The notes below the pieces were generated by a model that did not search any database, was not told the DNA's origin, and worked only from the letters and a program-made list of their open reading frames with translations. From contig CBDBCS010000006.1 in assembly GCA_965203415.1 (NCBI GenBank), forward strand, positions 994,394-1,058,393: a stretch of DNA of 64,000 nucleotides. Reading direction: 5' to 3'. Positions 48,904 through 58,632 of this stretch are shown here, in pieces. Both the position numbers and the translations under genes were made by a program. Origin of the DNA: Alphaproteobacteria bacterium. Its GTDB lineage: Bacteria > Pseudomonadota > Alphaproteobacteria > CBDBCS01. The first letter of the stretch is position 1, and the number at the start of each line of letters is the position of its first letter.

Positions 48904-49887
48904 CTATCGGAGGAGCGTCAAAATAGCCTCCTGTTGCTGCGAAGCGATGGAGAGCGTCTCAATAGAGATCTGGTTGCGTGTGCGAAGAGCCGTGAGATTG
49001 GCACTCTCGGCACTCAAATCGGCGAGCTGGATTTTGTCCGCCCCCGTCTGCAGTGTATTGCTATAGGTTCTGGAGAACTCCAAGCGGGTCTGGAGAATCC
49101 CGACTCGAGACCCGAACTGGGCGGCGATCTGTTCCAGACGCCCTTGAGCGAACTCCAGCGAGTCCACAAGCCCATCCGTCAGAGCCAAAACCGATTGATT
49201 CGCGCCGATTTGCGTAAAACCTATAAAAGTGCCCGCCGCTGCACCCGAAGCTGCCCCCCCCAGCACTGCAAGCACACTGATAACACCGAAACCACTCAGT
49301 GCTACATTACCGCCCCCCTGAAGAATAGCCGTGGGGGCCGCCGCGGCGCTGAAGAGGTTGAAAATACCGGGCGTATCGTCGGCAGCCTGGGCGGTCGCCC
49401 GTACATTCAGCCCCTGGAGCGTCAATTCACTGATCGACTCATCCGAGAACCGCACATCCAGCCGCGTATTCGCGTTATTGAGGAGGTTCAAGCCCTGATA
49501 CTCTATGTCGTCGATGAGGAGGTCGATTTGGCGCAGGATTTCTGTGAAGTTCAGAGTCGCTTGAGCCCGCTCGGTCTGGGTCTGCGACCGAGCCCCTCGG
49601 ACCACGCCGACGAGTTGGTCGAACAGCTCGTCCAGCGACTCGATGCCCTCGAGGGACGCTTGAGCCGTGGAGATGGCCTGGTCGATCTCGCGCCGGCGTT
49701 CGTCGAAGAGCCCCGACCGCCGAACCAGATTATTCGCCTGAAAGAAGCGAATCGGGTCGTCGGTGACGTCGTTGATATCGCGCCCTGTAGACAGCCGCCG
49801 CTGGGTGCGGGTGAAGAAAGTGTCGATCTCCTGCAGCGTCAGGAGCGAATTACGTTGCGAAAACGTGAGGGAAATATCACTAGACAT
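48904..49887 (-). CDS. Flagellin (short alphaproteobacterial type), copy 2
   Basis: Paralog of copy 1. The first about 160 aa are nearly identical, the last 85 aa are identical, and the central about 80 aa diverge. Confidence 0.87.
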   Translation of the reverse strand: MSSDISLTFSQRNSLLTLQEIDTFFTRTQRRLSTGRDINDVTDDPIRFFQANNLVRRSGLFDERRREIDQAISTAQASLEGIESLDELFDQLVGVVRGARSQTQTERAQATLNFTEILRQIDLLIDDIEYQGLNLLNNANTRLDVRFSDESISELTLQGLNVRATAQAADDTPGIFNLFSAAAAPTAILQGGGNVALSGFGVISVLAVLGGAASGAAAGTFIGFTQIGANQSVLALTDGLVDSLEFAQGRLEQIAAQFGSRVGILQTRLEFSRTYSNTLQTGADKIQLADLSAESANLTALRTRNQISIETLSIASQQQEAILTLLR

Positions 49888-50189
49888 AAAAAAATCAACT
49901 CCGAATTTAAGGTCGAATCGAGGCCGAAGCCACGCCGGGCGTCACGGTCTCGGCCAAAAGGCGTCCGAGCCCAGGAACCCCAACAGAACGCCCGAGAAAT
50001 CCGGCCTCAAACCGGCACGCCACGGCGACCAAGAAACGAAACACCCTAACTTGAGTTCCCGAAGCCTTCTGCCTCGAAGAGTCTCTTTAGGGAGAACCAG
50101 CCCTCCCGTTCTGGGAGAAGCGTTTCTACCCTACACGGCACACGGGCGCGTGTCAAGCTTTTTTTTTTTCAATTTTTGTGGGGTTTTTT

Positions 50190-50732
50190 TCAGGCGATGT
50201 CCTGCAGGCGGAATCGAGCGATTCGGTGGATTTGCTCTAGGTTTTCTTCGAACTCGGTCTCGGGGTGGTTCTTGAGACGCTCTTTGAAAAATTTGAGAAT
50301 CTCCGGACGCGTCAATCCCTTGACGGCCACGATAAAGGGCATCTCGAAGGCTTTGCGATACCGCTTGTTGTAGCTTTCAAAGAGCTTGAATTCGGCCTCA
50401 GTGCACGCATCCAGCCGCGCCGCCGCCTGCTCACCGTGCGAGTAGACCGTCAACGCGCCTTTTTGCGTGGCGATTCGGTCCGCTAAATCCGGATGCTGGC
50501 GGATGAGATGCAATTTTTTCTCACGCGGGGCCGCCAAGACGGTCGCGCGCATCCTCTCCCACAGCAGGGTGACGTTGTCGTGGTGGGGCGTGAGACCGTT
50601 GTCATACGTCTGCTCGGCAATCCAGGGCGAGTGCTCATAGACGGGGCCGAAGACCTCGATGAAGCGGATTTTCGACATAAGACTGGGGCGATTCGTCTTA
50701 AAGCGGTGCTCGGTGAAGGCGAGAAGCGGCAT
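50190..50732 (-). CDS. uraD: 2-oxo-4-hydroxy-4-carboxy-5-ureidoimidazoline (OHCU) decarboxylase
   Basis: FGPVYEHSPWIAE...IRQHPDLA.......LT..S..EQ..A.LD.C...E...F...N..Y...F..PFI.AVKG......IL..F..RL.N....E......QI..IA..RL pattern. Start at ATG 50732 (MPLLAF). Adjacent to puuE. Confidence 0.85.
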   Translation of the reverse strand: MPLLAFTEHRFKTNRPSLMSKIRFIEVFGPVYEHSPWIAEQTYDNGLTPHHDNVTLLWERMRATVLAAPREKKLHLIRQHPDLADRIATQKGALTVYSHGEQAAARLDACTEAEFKLFESYNKRYRKAFEMPFIVAVKGLTRPEILKFFKERLKNHPETEFEENLEQIHRIARFRLQDIA

Positions 50733-50760
50733 AGGGGTCGGAGTCCTGAAAATAAGAGCC

Positions 50761-51729
50761 TCAAGCGGCAGGCGGGTGATGCGCCACCCAATGATGCGCA
50801 ATATCGATTCGACGACAAAACCAGACGCCCGGCATCGATCGAATCGACGCGACAAAACGCTTGAGAGCCCGAAACCGCCCCGGCCGCCCCGCTAAACGAC
50901 AATGCAACCCAATCGATAAGAGCCCTCGGCGGGCGGCATCGCCTTGCCCCTCTTCATAGAGCGTCTTGAAACTGTCTTGGAGATAATTATAAAACTGCTC
51001 GCCCGAATTGAAGCCCTGAGCCGTGGCGAATCGCATGTCGTTACAGTCTAAACTATAGGGAATCACCAGATGCATGCCGTTTTGGGGCCAGTGCGTCCAA
51101 AAAGGGAGCTCGTCGCTGTAATCGTCGGCGTCATAGAGAAACCCTCCGTGCTCGACGAGCAAACGGCGGGTATTGGGACTCGTGCGCCCCGTGTACCAGC
51201 CCCGAGGCGGCGTGCCCGTGATACGGCGGTGGAGCTCGACGGCTCGGGCGATGTGGTCGGCCTCTAGGTCGGGCGGGATGTTCTGATAATCCAGCCAGCG
51301 ATACCCGTGCGAGCAAATCTCGTGGCCGTCTTTGAGAGCCTGCTCTATGGGCCCCGGCGTCCGAGCCATCGCTGTCGCCACCCCGAAAACCGTCAGAGGC
51401 ACCTGATACGCCCGAAACAGCTCTAAAAGCCGCCAGACGCCGACGCGCGTGCCGTATTCGTAAAGAGACTCCATGCTCATGTGGCGGGCCGGGATGGGGC
51501 GGGCGCCGATGATCTCAGAGAGAAACGTCTCGGCGTGCGAATCGCCCGCGAGGACGGACCGCTCGCCGCCCTCTTCGTAATTGAGGACGAACTGGACGGC
51601 GATGGCGGCGTCCTCGGGCCACGGGGCCTCGGGGCGCTGCGCCCCGTAGCCCGTGAAGTCGCGCCCGTCCTCGCCGGGCGTTATGTCGGGTGTTGTGCCG
51701 GGCGTTATGTCGGCGTTCTTGCGTTCCAT
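50761..51729 (-). CDS. puuE: Allantoinase PuuE (polysaccharide deacetylase family)
   Basis: IAVQFVLNYEEGGERSVL.GD...E.FLSE.....P...RH...ES.YEYG.R.G.WR.L.LF......LTVFGVA.A..R.P......L..GHEI.SHGYRW.DY...P...E..HI..A...H...TG..P.GWYTGR.S.NTR.L... matches PuuE blocks. Start at ATG 51729 (MERKNAD) is preferred over the hydrophobic upstream extension. Confidence 0.87.
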   Translation of the reverse strand: MERKNADITPGTTPDITPGEDGRDFTGYGAQRPEAPWPEDAAIAVQFVLNYEEGGERSVLAGDSHAETFLSEIIGARPIPARHMSMESLYEYGTRVGVWRLLELFRAYQVPLTVFGVATAMARTPGPIEQALKDGHEICSHGYRWLDYQNIPPDLEADHIARAVELHRRITGTPPRGWYTGRTSPNTRRLLVEHGGFLYDADDYSDELPFWTHWPQNGMHLVIPYSLDCNDMRFATAQGFNSGEQFYNYLQDSFKTLYEEGQGDAARRGLLSIGLHCRLAGRPGRFRALKRFVASIRSMPGVWFCRRIDIAHHWVAHHPPAA

Positions 51730-52206
51730 AGGGTCGATTCGAATCGATTCGGAAAAGGGGTGTCTCAGAAAAAACAAGCAGGAAAAAACGAGAACTAGAA
51801 CAAGCCTCGCCACCAGGCCCAACTTCAGGAGACGCACTCCGGGACTTTATGGCCGGGCCCGGGGGCCGGAAAAGGCCTCCTGGCAGAGGGCCCAGCATCC
51901 TAGACGAATCTCGCCACCGAAATCAAGAGGCGCAAACGTTTGTCTGGCGTCCTCGCGTGTCTGCATGAGGATCCGATGGGGGCCACATGGGACTTGTTTC
52001 ACGGGCAAAATTTAGCTAGGCTTGGGGCTGGGTCCCCGTTTGCCGCTCTGAGAGTCCCCCGGGAGTCCCCCGGGGAACGCCCCGGCTGGCCTGGCGGTTG
52101 GCCTGGTGGCTGGTCTGAGAGCTCCGCCGGTGGCTCTGGGAGCCCCGGTTCGCTAGAGCTTCAGTTAGATTTTCGGCTAGATTTTTTGCGGTGCCCCCCA
52201 TCTGAT

Positions 52207-53154
52207 GTGAACGTGTCCTCTGATTCCAGGCCGGATTTTTCGGATCTCCGTTTTGGGCCCCTAGGCGTGCGTTTGGCGGCCTCCAGCGAGGAACGCCAGG
52301 CCGCCCAGCACCTCCGCTATCGAGTTTTTTTTCAGGAACAAGGGGCGGGGCTCGCCCGGGGGCGCTTTCTGAGAGCTTGTTATTTTCCGCAAAAAGAAAC
52401 CCGTCCAGACCCGAGTGCGCTCGGCCGCCCGTCTCTGCCCGAGTCTAGAACAAGCTCATCGGGCGGCGAGGCTCTGCAGGAGACGGGGGCCGTGTCCCGC
52501 CTCGACATAGACACCTATGACGCGATTAGCGACCATCTGGTGGTCTGCGACGCAACCCGAGACGAGGCCATCGTCGGAACCTATCGCGTCCTGCGGTCCG
52601 AAGTCCTGGAACAGCTCGCCGACCGCCCCAGAGTCTATGCCGCCGAACGCGAATACGACCTGACCCGCCTGCGGGCCCGAGGCGTTTCGCTCATGGAGAT
52701 GGGGCGCGCCTGCGTGGACCATGTGTATCGCTCGAAGCCCGTTCTAGACCTTTTGTGGCGTGGCCTGGCGCGCTATGTGTTTCACTATGACATTCATGCT
52801 TTTTTCGGGCGTGCCAGCTTCATGGGGACCGATAGACGCAAGATTGACGAAGCTCTGAGCTATTTGAATGCCCACCATCGGGCCGCCGAGGATGTGTGTC
52901 CGACGGCTCGGCCGTCGTACCGTATCGCCCTGGAGGCCTCCGTACCGCCGGGGCAGGACCCGACGCCGACGACCCAGATTTGGCGCTCTTTGCCGCCTCT
53001 GGTGCGGGGCTATCTGCGTGTGGGAGCTCGCGTCGGCGATGGTGCCGTGCTGGACGAAGAATTCGGGAGTATCGATATCTGTATGGTCGCCTTCCGAGAA
53101 AAAACAGAGGCACGCTATTACCAACGCTACGCCGAACGGCCTAGAGAAACCTGA
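52207..53154 (+). CDS. olsB: Ornithine-acyl-ACP N-acyltransferase OlsB (GNAT-like); start uncertain
   Basis: LGVRLAASSEERQAAQHLRYRVFF.EQGA...D.D.YD...DHLVV.D......IVGTYRVLR...........Y.A.EYDL..L......LMEMGRACV...YRSK.VL.LLWRGLARYV.......FFG.ASF.G.......ALSYL...H matches the OlsB family. An acyltransferase gene (olsA) follows. The ORF-track start 51940 adds about 90 low-complexity residues, so GTG 52207 is proposed. Confidence 0.78.
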   Translation: MNVSSDSRPDFSDLRFGPLGVRLAASSEERQAAQHLRYRVFFQEQGAGLARGRFLRACYFPQKETRPDPSALGRPSLPESRTSSSGGEALQETGAVSRLDIDTYDAISDHLVVCDATRDEAIVGTYRVLRSEVLEQLADRPRVYAAEREYDLTRLRARGVSLMEMGRACVDHVYRSKPVLDLLWRGLARYVFHYDIHAFFGRASFMGTDRRKIDEALSYLNAHHRAAEDVCPTARPSYRIALEASVPPGQDPTPTTQIWRSLPPLVRGYLRVGARVGDGAVLDEEFGSIDICMVAFREKTEARYYQRYAERPRET

Positions 53155-53237
53155 AGGCGGGCGTACGCTCCCGGCATACGCCAACGCCTGCAACCTTCTG
53201 ACCTGCCCAGTCCAATCCAGTCCAGCCCTGACCTGTT

Positions 53238-54263
53238 ATGTCCCGATTTTCGATGCGCCGCTCTGATGCGCGGCTCCAGAACCCGCCGCCGCCTGCGCCT
53301 ATGTCTGTTCCGGTGTCTGTTCCGGTGTCTTTTTTTCAGAGTCCTCTGCGCAGGTTTTCCGAGGCGACCCCGCCACCCGGGTTTTTCACGGTCTGGCGGG
53401 CGGCTCCGCGTTTCGTGCTTTTGTGTCTCTGGTTTGCGGGCGGCTTGGTGTATGGAAGTGTCCTCTATCTCGTTTTGCGCCGTCCTTTTTACGGCGTGTG
53501 TCGCTTTTTCCAAAGAGTGGCCCTGTGGCTTGCGGGCATTCGCGTGGAACTCGCGGGTGCCCCCCCTCTGTCAGGCGCGGGCTTGATTGTCTCGAATCAC
53601 CAATCGTATTGGGACATCACCGTGCTTGGGGTTCTGGCCCCCGGGCGCTTCATCGCCCGAGGCGATATGGAGCACTGGCCCGTTCTCGGGTTGTTTGCTA
53701 AATTTCATGGCTCGTTTTTTTTTCAACGCCGGGCGGGAGCCTCGCGGGCGCAGATACAGCACTTGCAGGCTCATCTTGGGCAGACTCAGACCGTACCCTG
53801 GCTCCTGTTCCCCGAGGGAACCACGTCGGACGGCTGTCGTGTGCTGCCTTTTAAGTCCTCGCTCTTCGAGGCTTTTGCGCAGAAACCTGATCTTTTGGTC
53901 CAGACGGTCGCCCTGTCCTACACGCATCGAGACGGCACACGGTTGTCGCCTTTTTTTCGTTCCTTTTTTGCCTGGCAAGGTCGGCGTTCTCTTTTGGTTC
54001 ATGTGTGGGAATTTTTGAAATTCAAGCCGCTTCGAGTCCGAGTTGTATGTTCAAAGCCACAACCGCTCGCGGCGTGGGGGAGCTGTAGAAAGACAATCGC
54101 CAAAACTCTGGAGAACGCCGTTCGAGAAAGCTTTCATCAAAATGAAACCCCGGATGAGAGCCCGGATAAAACCCCGGATAAAACCCCGGGGGAGCCCCCG
54201 GTTTTGCCTACTCTGAGCCCCGTGTCGTTGGACCAAAAAACGGCCCGGCATGATCTAGCGTGA
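53238..54263 (+). CDS. olsA: Lyso-ornithine lipid O-acyltransferase OlsA (PlsC/LPLAT family)
   Basis: NHQSYWD (H-X4-D catalytic motif), FPEGTTSDG (motif III) and an N-terminal TM segment. Directly downstream of olsB. Confidence 0.8.
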   Translation: MSRFSMRRSDARLQNPPPPAPMSVPVSVPVSFFQSPLRRFSEATPPPGFFTVWRAAPRFVLLCLWFAGGLVYGSVLYLVLRRPFYGVCRFFQRVALWLAGIRVELAGAPPLSGAGLIVSNHQSYWDITVLGVLAPGRFIARGDMEHWPVLGLFAKFHGSFFFQRRAGASRAQIQHLQAHLGQTQTVPWLLFPEGTTSDGCRVLPFKSSLFEAFAQKPDLLVQTVALSYTHRDGTRLSPFFRSFFAWQGRRSLLVHVWEFLKFKPLRVRVVCSKPQPLAAWGSCRKTIAKTLENAVRESFHQNETPDESPDKTPDKTPGEPPVLPTLSPVSLDQKTARHDLA

Positions 54264-57100
54264 TGTTGAAGCGTTTATCCCTCAGTCGATTTTTCGGCAC
54301 CGCCAATCAGCGGGCTCTAGGCGAGCTGCAGCCGTTTCTCGCGCGCGTCCAGGCTGAGGAGCCCGCGTTGCAAAAGCTCTCAGACGCCGAGCTCCAAGCC
54401 CGCACGGCTTCGTTCCGAGAGCGTCTCGCCCGCGGGGCCTCGCTCGAGGCTCTGGTGGTCCCCGCTTTTGCGACCGTGCGCGAAGCCAGCCGGCGCGTTC
54501 TGGGCATGCGTCCTTTTGACGTGCAGATTCTGGGAGGCCTCGTCTTGCACCGCGGCCAAATCGCCGAGATGAAAACAGGGGAAGGCAAAACGCTTGTGGC
54601 GACTTTACCTGGCTATCTCAATGCGTTGACCGGGCAGGGGGTGCATCTGGTAACCGTGAATGAGTATCTGGCAACCCGCGATGCCCAATGGATGGGACAG
54701 ATTTATCGCTTTCTGGGCTTGACCACGGGCGTCCTCCGAGCCCAGGCCTCCGAGTCGGAACGACGCGAGGCCTATCAGGCCGATATCACCTATGGCACCA
54801 ATAATGAGTTCGGGTTCGATTATCTTCGGGACAATTTGAAACTGCGTCGCGAGGATATGGTCCAGCGTGTGCTCCATTTTGCCATTGTGGATGAGGTAGA
54901 CTCTATTTTGATCGACGAGGCGCGGACGCCTCTGATTATTTCCGGGCCGGCCGACGATATCACCGAGCTCTATCAACAGGTCGATGCGTTTATTCCTCAG
55001 CTGACATCGGAACACTATGAGACCGACGAAAAAGGAAAAAACATTTTCCTGACAGACGCCGGCAGCCAGCTTTTTGAGGCTTTTGTCGCCCGGCTCGGGC
55101 TTCTCAAAGAGGGGACCTTGTACGACGTCCAAAACATTGCGCTCTTGCACCATGCCAGCGTCGCTTTACGAGCGCATCGATTGTTCCATCGAGACAAAGA
55201 CTATATTGTCTCGAACGGTAAAATCGTGATCGTCGACGAATTCACCGGGCGGACCATGGAGGGACGACGTTATGGCGAGGGCCTCCACCAGGCTTTAGAG
55301 GCTAAAGAAAAGCTCCAGATAGAACGCGAGAACCAAACGCTTGCCTCGATCACGTTCCAGAATTATTTCCGTCTGTATCAAAAGCTTGCTGGGATGACGG
55401 GCACCGCGGTCACGGAAGCCAGCGAGTTCAAAGAAATTTACAATTTGTCCGTCGTCGAAATTCCGACGCATTTACCAATGGTCCGAGACGACCAGGACGA
55501 TAAAATTTACCGAACCAATCAGGAGCGCGACGAGGCCGTCCTCGCGACGATTCAGCACTATCACGCCCAGGGCCAGCCGATTTTGGTTGGAACGGTTTCT
55601 ATAGAAAAATCCGAATCGCTTTCCAGGTCTCTCAAAAAAGCAGGCTTGGTCCACCAAGTTCTCAATGCCCGTCAGAATGAAAGCGAGGCTCTTATCATCG
55701 CCGAAGCCGGCCGACGAGGCAGCATCACCATCGCGACGAATATGGCCGGCCGCGGCACAGACATCCAATTGGGCGGCCCCCCGCCCGAGGCTCCAGACCC
55801 GGCGTATGAGGCCGAACGGAACGCAATTCTAGAAGCCGGCGGGCTGGTGGTGGTCGGCACCGAACGGCACGAGAGTCGTCGAATCGACAACCAACTCCGA
55901 GGGCGTTCCGGCCGCCAGGGCGACCCCGGGACGTCGGTGTTTCTGCTGTCGCTGGAGGACGATTTGATCCGCATTTTTGTCTCTGGCAAGCTGGAGTCCG
56001 TTTTGGCGAAGCTTGGTTTGCAAAACGGCGAGTCCATCGAGCATCCATGGGTCAGCAAGGCAATCGCGAGAGCTCAGTCCAAAGTGGAGGAACGCAATTT
56101 CGAGATTCGAAAACAATTACTCAAATACGACAATGTGGTGAACGACCAGCGCAAAGTTGTCTTCGCCAATCGTCTGGACCTGATGCAGGACAAAGACGTG
56201 GGCCCCACTTTGTTAGAGATGCGTCAACATCTTCTCCATCGTTTGATCGAGGCGGCGATGCCGCCTCAAGCGCTGCCCGCCACTTGGGACTTGAAGGCCT
56301 TGAATGTGCGCTTTGAGGCCCAATTCGGCTTGGGCATCGATCTGGCCGAAATGGCTCAGGAAGAAGGCGTCGGGCCAGAGGAACTCAAAACACGCCTGGC
56401 CGACATGATAGAGGCTCGCTTGGCTGAAAGACGGGCGTTACTTCCGGAGGCCCAATGGCTCTTCATAGAGCGCACTTTGCTTTTGCAGGTTCTGGACCAG
56501 GTCTGGAAAGATCACCTCGTCCAATTGGACCATCTGAGACACGGCATTGGCTTGCGAGCCTATGGACAACGCGACCCTCTGAACGAATATAAACGCGAGG
56601 CCTTTTTATTGTTCGAGACCATGTTGACCCGCTTTCAGGAGATCGCCGTGATGCATGCGATGCGTCTTCGGCCTGTGGTCGCGCCGTGGCCGCCCGAGGC
56701 TCGGCCGGACGGCGGGCGGCCTCCGCCGGACAGAACCACGCCCCAGAGACCCGGCCTGTCCCGACGGCGGCCCGAGCCAAGCGGTGGGCCTCTTGAAAGA
56801 CGTCTCGTAGGAAGAAGTGCCGGGCCCAGGCGGCTCGGGACGGTCCCTGTTCCTGGCCCGGGACGAGATCCCGGACAAGACCCCGGACAGGACCCCGGGC
56901 GAGACTCTGGGGCCGCACCTGGGGGGTCCTCTGGCGGGTTTTCTGACAAATCCCCGGCGTCTCCGGAAGCAGAGCCCCGGCCTACAATCCGGCCTAAAAT
57001 CGGGCGCAATGAACTATGCCCCTGTGGTTCCGGAAAAAAATGGAAAAAGTGTCACGGCCGCCCCGGACTCGACGCCTCGGCTTCCGATACGGCGTCCTGA
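54263..57100 (+). CDS. secA: Preprotein translocase ATPase SecA
   Basis: [32 protein letters not shown] (Walker A), [22 protein letters not shown] (DEAD-like), [21 protein letters not shown] and the C-terminal zinc motif [15 protein letters not shown] Pro/Gly-rich low-complexity insert precedes the zinc finger. Confidence 0.96.
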   Translation: MLKRLSLSRFFGTANQRALGELQPFLARVQAEEPALQKLSDAELQARTASFRERLARGASLEALVVPAFATVREASRRVLGMRPFDVQILGGLVLHRGQIAEMKTGEGKTLVATLPGYLNALTGQGVHLVTVNEYLATRDAQWMGQIYRFLGLTTGVLRAQASESERREAYQADITYGTNNEFGFDYLRDNLKLRREDMVQRVLHFAIVDEVDSILIDEARTPLIISGPADDITELYQQVDAFIPQLTSEHYETDEKGKNIFLTDAGSQLFEAFVARLGLLKEGTLYDVQNIALLHHASVALRAHRLFHRDKDYIVSNGKIVIVDEFTGRTMEGRRYGEGLHQALEAKEKLQIERENQTLASITFQNYFRLYQKLAGMTGTAVTEASEFKEIYNLSVVEIPTHLPMVRDDQDDKIYRTNQERDEAVLATIQHYHAQGQPILVGTVSIEKSESLSRSLKKAGLVHQVLNARQNESEALIIAEAGRRGSITIATNMAGRGTDIQLGGPPPEAPDPAYEAERNAILEAGGLVVVGTERHESRRIDNQLRGRSGRQGDPGTSVFLLSLEDDLIRIFVSGKLESVLAKLGLQNGESIEHPWVSKAIARAQSKVEERNFEIRKQLLKYDNVVNDQRKVVFANRLDLMQDKDVGPTLLEMRQHLLHRLIEAAMPPQALPATWDLKALNVRFEAQFGLGIDLAEMAQEEGVGPEELKTRLADMIEARLAERRALLPEAQWLFIERTLLLQVLDQVWKDHLVQLDHLRHGIGLRAYGQRDPLNEYKREAFLLFETMLTRFQEIAVMHAMRLRPVVAPWPPEARPDGGRPPPDRTTPQRPGLSRRRPEPSGGPLERRLVGRSAGPRRLGTVPVPGPGRDPGQDPGQDPGRDSGAAPGGSSGGFSDKSPASPEAEPRPTIRPKIGRNELCPCGSGKKWKKCHGRPGLDASASDTAS

Positions 57101-58632
57101 AACTCCCTCGTTCTTAAGCCCCTCCAGAAAGATCACAGCCCTCCCCTACGCGACGCCCGGCGTCCTGAGATGCCTCTTGCGAGATGACTCGGGGGCGGCT
57201 TTGCTTGTGGCGCGGCGAGGGCGCAGCCCGCTCTTTTTTTGTTTCCCCGGTGTGTGCCCCGGTGTGTATCCCGGTGTGTATCCCGGTGTGTACGTTGCGT
57301 GCGTCGCGACGCAGGGCTTTTCGGACATCCGCCGGCACGTTTGCGATATCCAGAGCCCGCCTCTCTTCTCGAGGCTTCATGTCTGCCAAAGAAAAGAGGC
57401 CGAACCGGACACGCCCCAATTGGTTGACCGTCAGATCAAAGGCGCGCGTGACGCGTCGGATTGCTTGGTTTTTTCCCTCGGTCAGGACGCACGCGTGTCG
57501 CGTCCGTTCCCTGCGCGACGACGCGGCGTTCCCGAGCCTCCCAGAAAGGTCATGGCCGCCCCGGACTCGACGACACGGCGTCCTGAGATGCTTTTTTCGA
57601 GGTGGCTCTGATGCGGGTTTGCTTCTGTAGCTGCGAGGTCATTTTCTCTTTTCTTGTTTCCCCGGCGTGTGCCTTGCATGCGTCGCGAGACAGGGCTTTT
57701 CGGACGTCCGCCGGCACGTTTGCGATAGCCAGAGCCCGCCTCTCTCGAGGCCGCATGCCTGCCAGAGCAAAGGGCCCAAACCGCACGCGCACCAATTGGT
57801 TGACCGTTAAGTCAAAAGCGCGCATGACGCGTCGGATTTTCTGGTTTTTGCCCTCGGTCAGGACGCACGCGTGTCGCGTCCGTTCCCTGCGCGACGACGC
57901 GGCGTTCCCGAGCCTCCCAGAAAGGTCATGGCCGCCCCGGACTCGACGACACGGCGTCCTGAGATGCTTTTTTCGAGGTGGCTCTGATGCGGGTTTACGC
58001 CTGTAGCTGCGAGGTCATTTTCTCTTTTCTTGTTTCCCCGTTGTATGCCCCGGCGTGTGCCTTGTATGCGTCGCGACGCAGGGCTTTTCGGATATCAGCC
58101 GGCACGTTTGCGATAGCCAAAGCCCGCCTCTCTCGAGGCTTCATGTCTGCCAAAGAAAAGAGGCCGAACCGGACACGCCCCAATTAGTTGACCGTCAGAT
58201 CAAAGGCGAGCGTGACGCGTCGGATTGCTTGGTTTTTTCCCTCGGTCAGGACGCACGCGTGTCGCGTCCGTTCCCTGCGCGACGACGCGGCGTTCCCGAG
58301 CCTCCCAGAAAGGTCACGGCCGCCCCGGACTCGACGACACGGCGTCCTGAGATGCTTTTTCCGAGGTGGCTCTGATGCGGGTTTGCTTCTGTAGCTGCGA
58401 GGTCATTTTCTCTTTTCTTGTTTCCCCGTTGCATACCTTGTATGCGTCGCGAGACAGGGCTTTTCGGACGTCCGCCGGCACGTTTGCGATAGCCAGAGCC
58501 CGCCTCTCTCGAGGCCGCATGCCTGCCAGAGCAAAGGGCCCAAACCGCACGCGCACCAATTGGTTGACCGTTAAGTCAAAAGCGCGCATAACGCGTCGGA
58601 TTTCCTGATTTTTGCCCTCGGTCAGGACGCAC
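57101..58632. repeat. Tandem array of four units of about 375-388 bp spanning the convergent secA/rluB 3' ends, with alternating A/B subtypes
   Basis: The boundary motif CCTCGGTCAGGACGCAC recurs at 57476, 57851, 58239 and 58616, giving spacings of 375, 388 and 377 bp. About 190 bp of each unit is nearly identical across copies. The remaining about 190 bp falls into two subtypes, arranged B(57101-57475) A(57476-57850) B(57851-58238) A(58239-58615, which is the real rluB 3' end). Confidence 0.92.

Noticed and set aside
48868-50049. 393-aa ORF antisense to flagellin copy 2. Similar long antisense ORFs occur elsewhere, e.g. 36184-37386, 44302-45210, 59009-60304 and 45749-46381.
   Set aside because: These are shadow ORFs opposite clearly homologous genes in GC-rich DNA. 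Their translations are Arg/Pro/Gly-rich with no recognisable domains.
57101-58632. The regularly spaced repeats as a CRISPR array or an insertion sequence
   Set aside because: The units are about 380 bp and contiguous, with no unique spacers. There are no cas genes, no transposase and no terminal inverted repeats. The units are clearly copies of the rluB 3' coding region.
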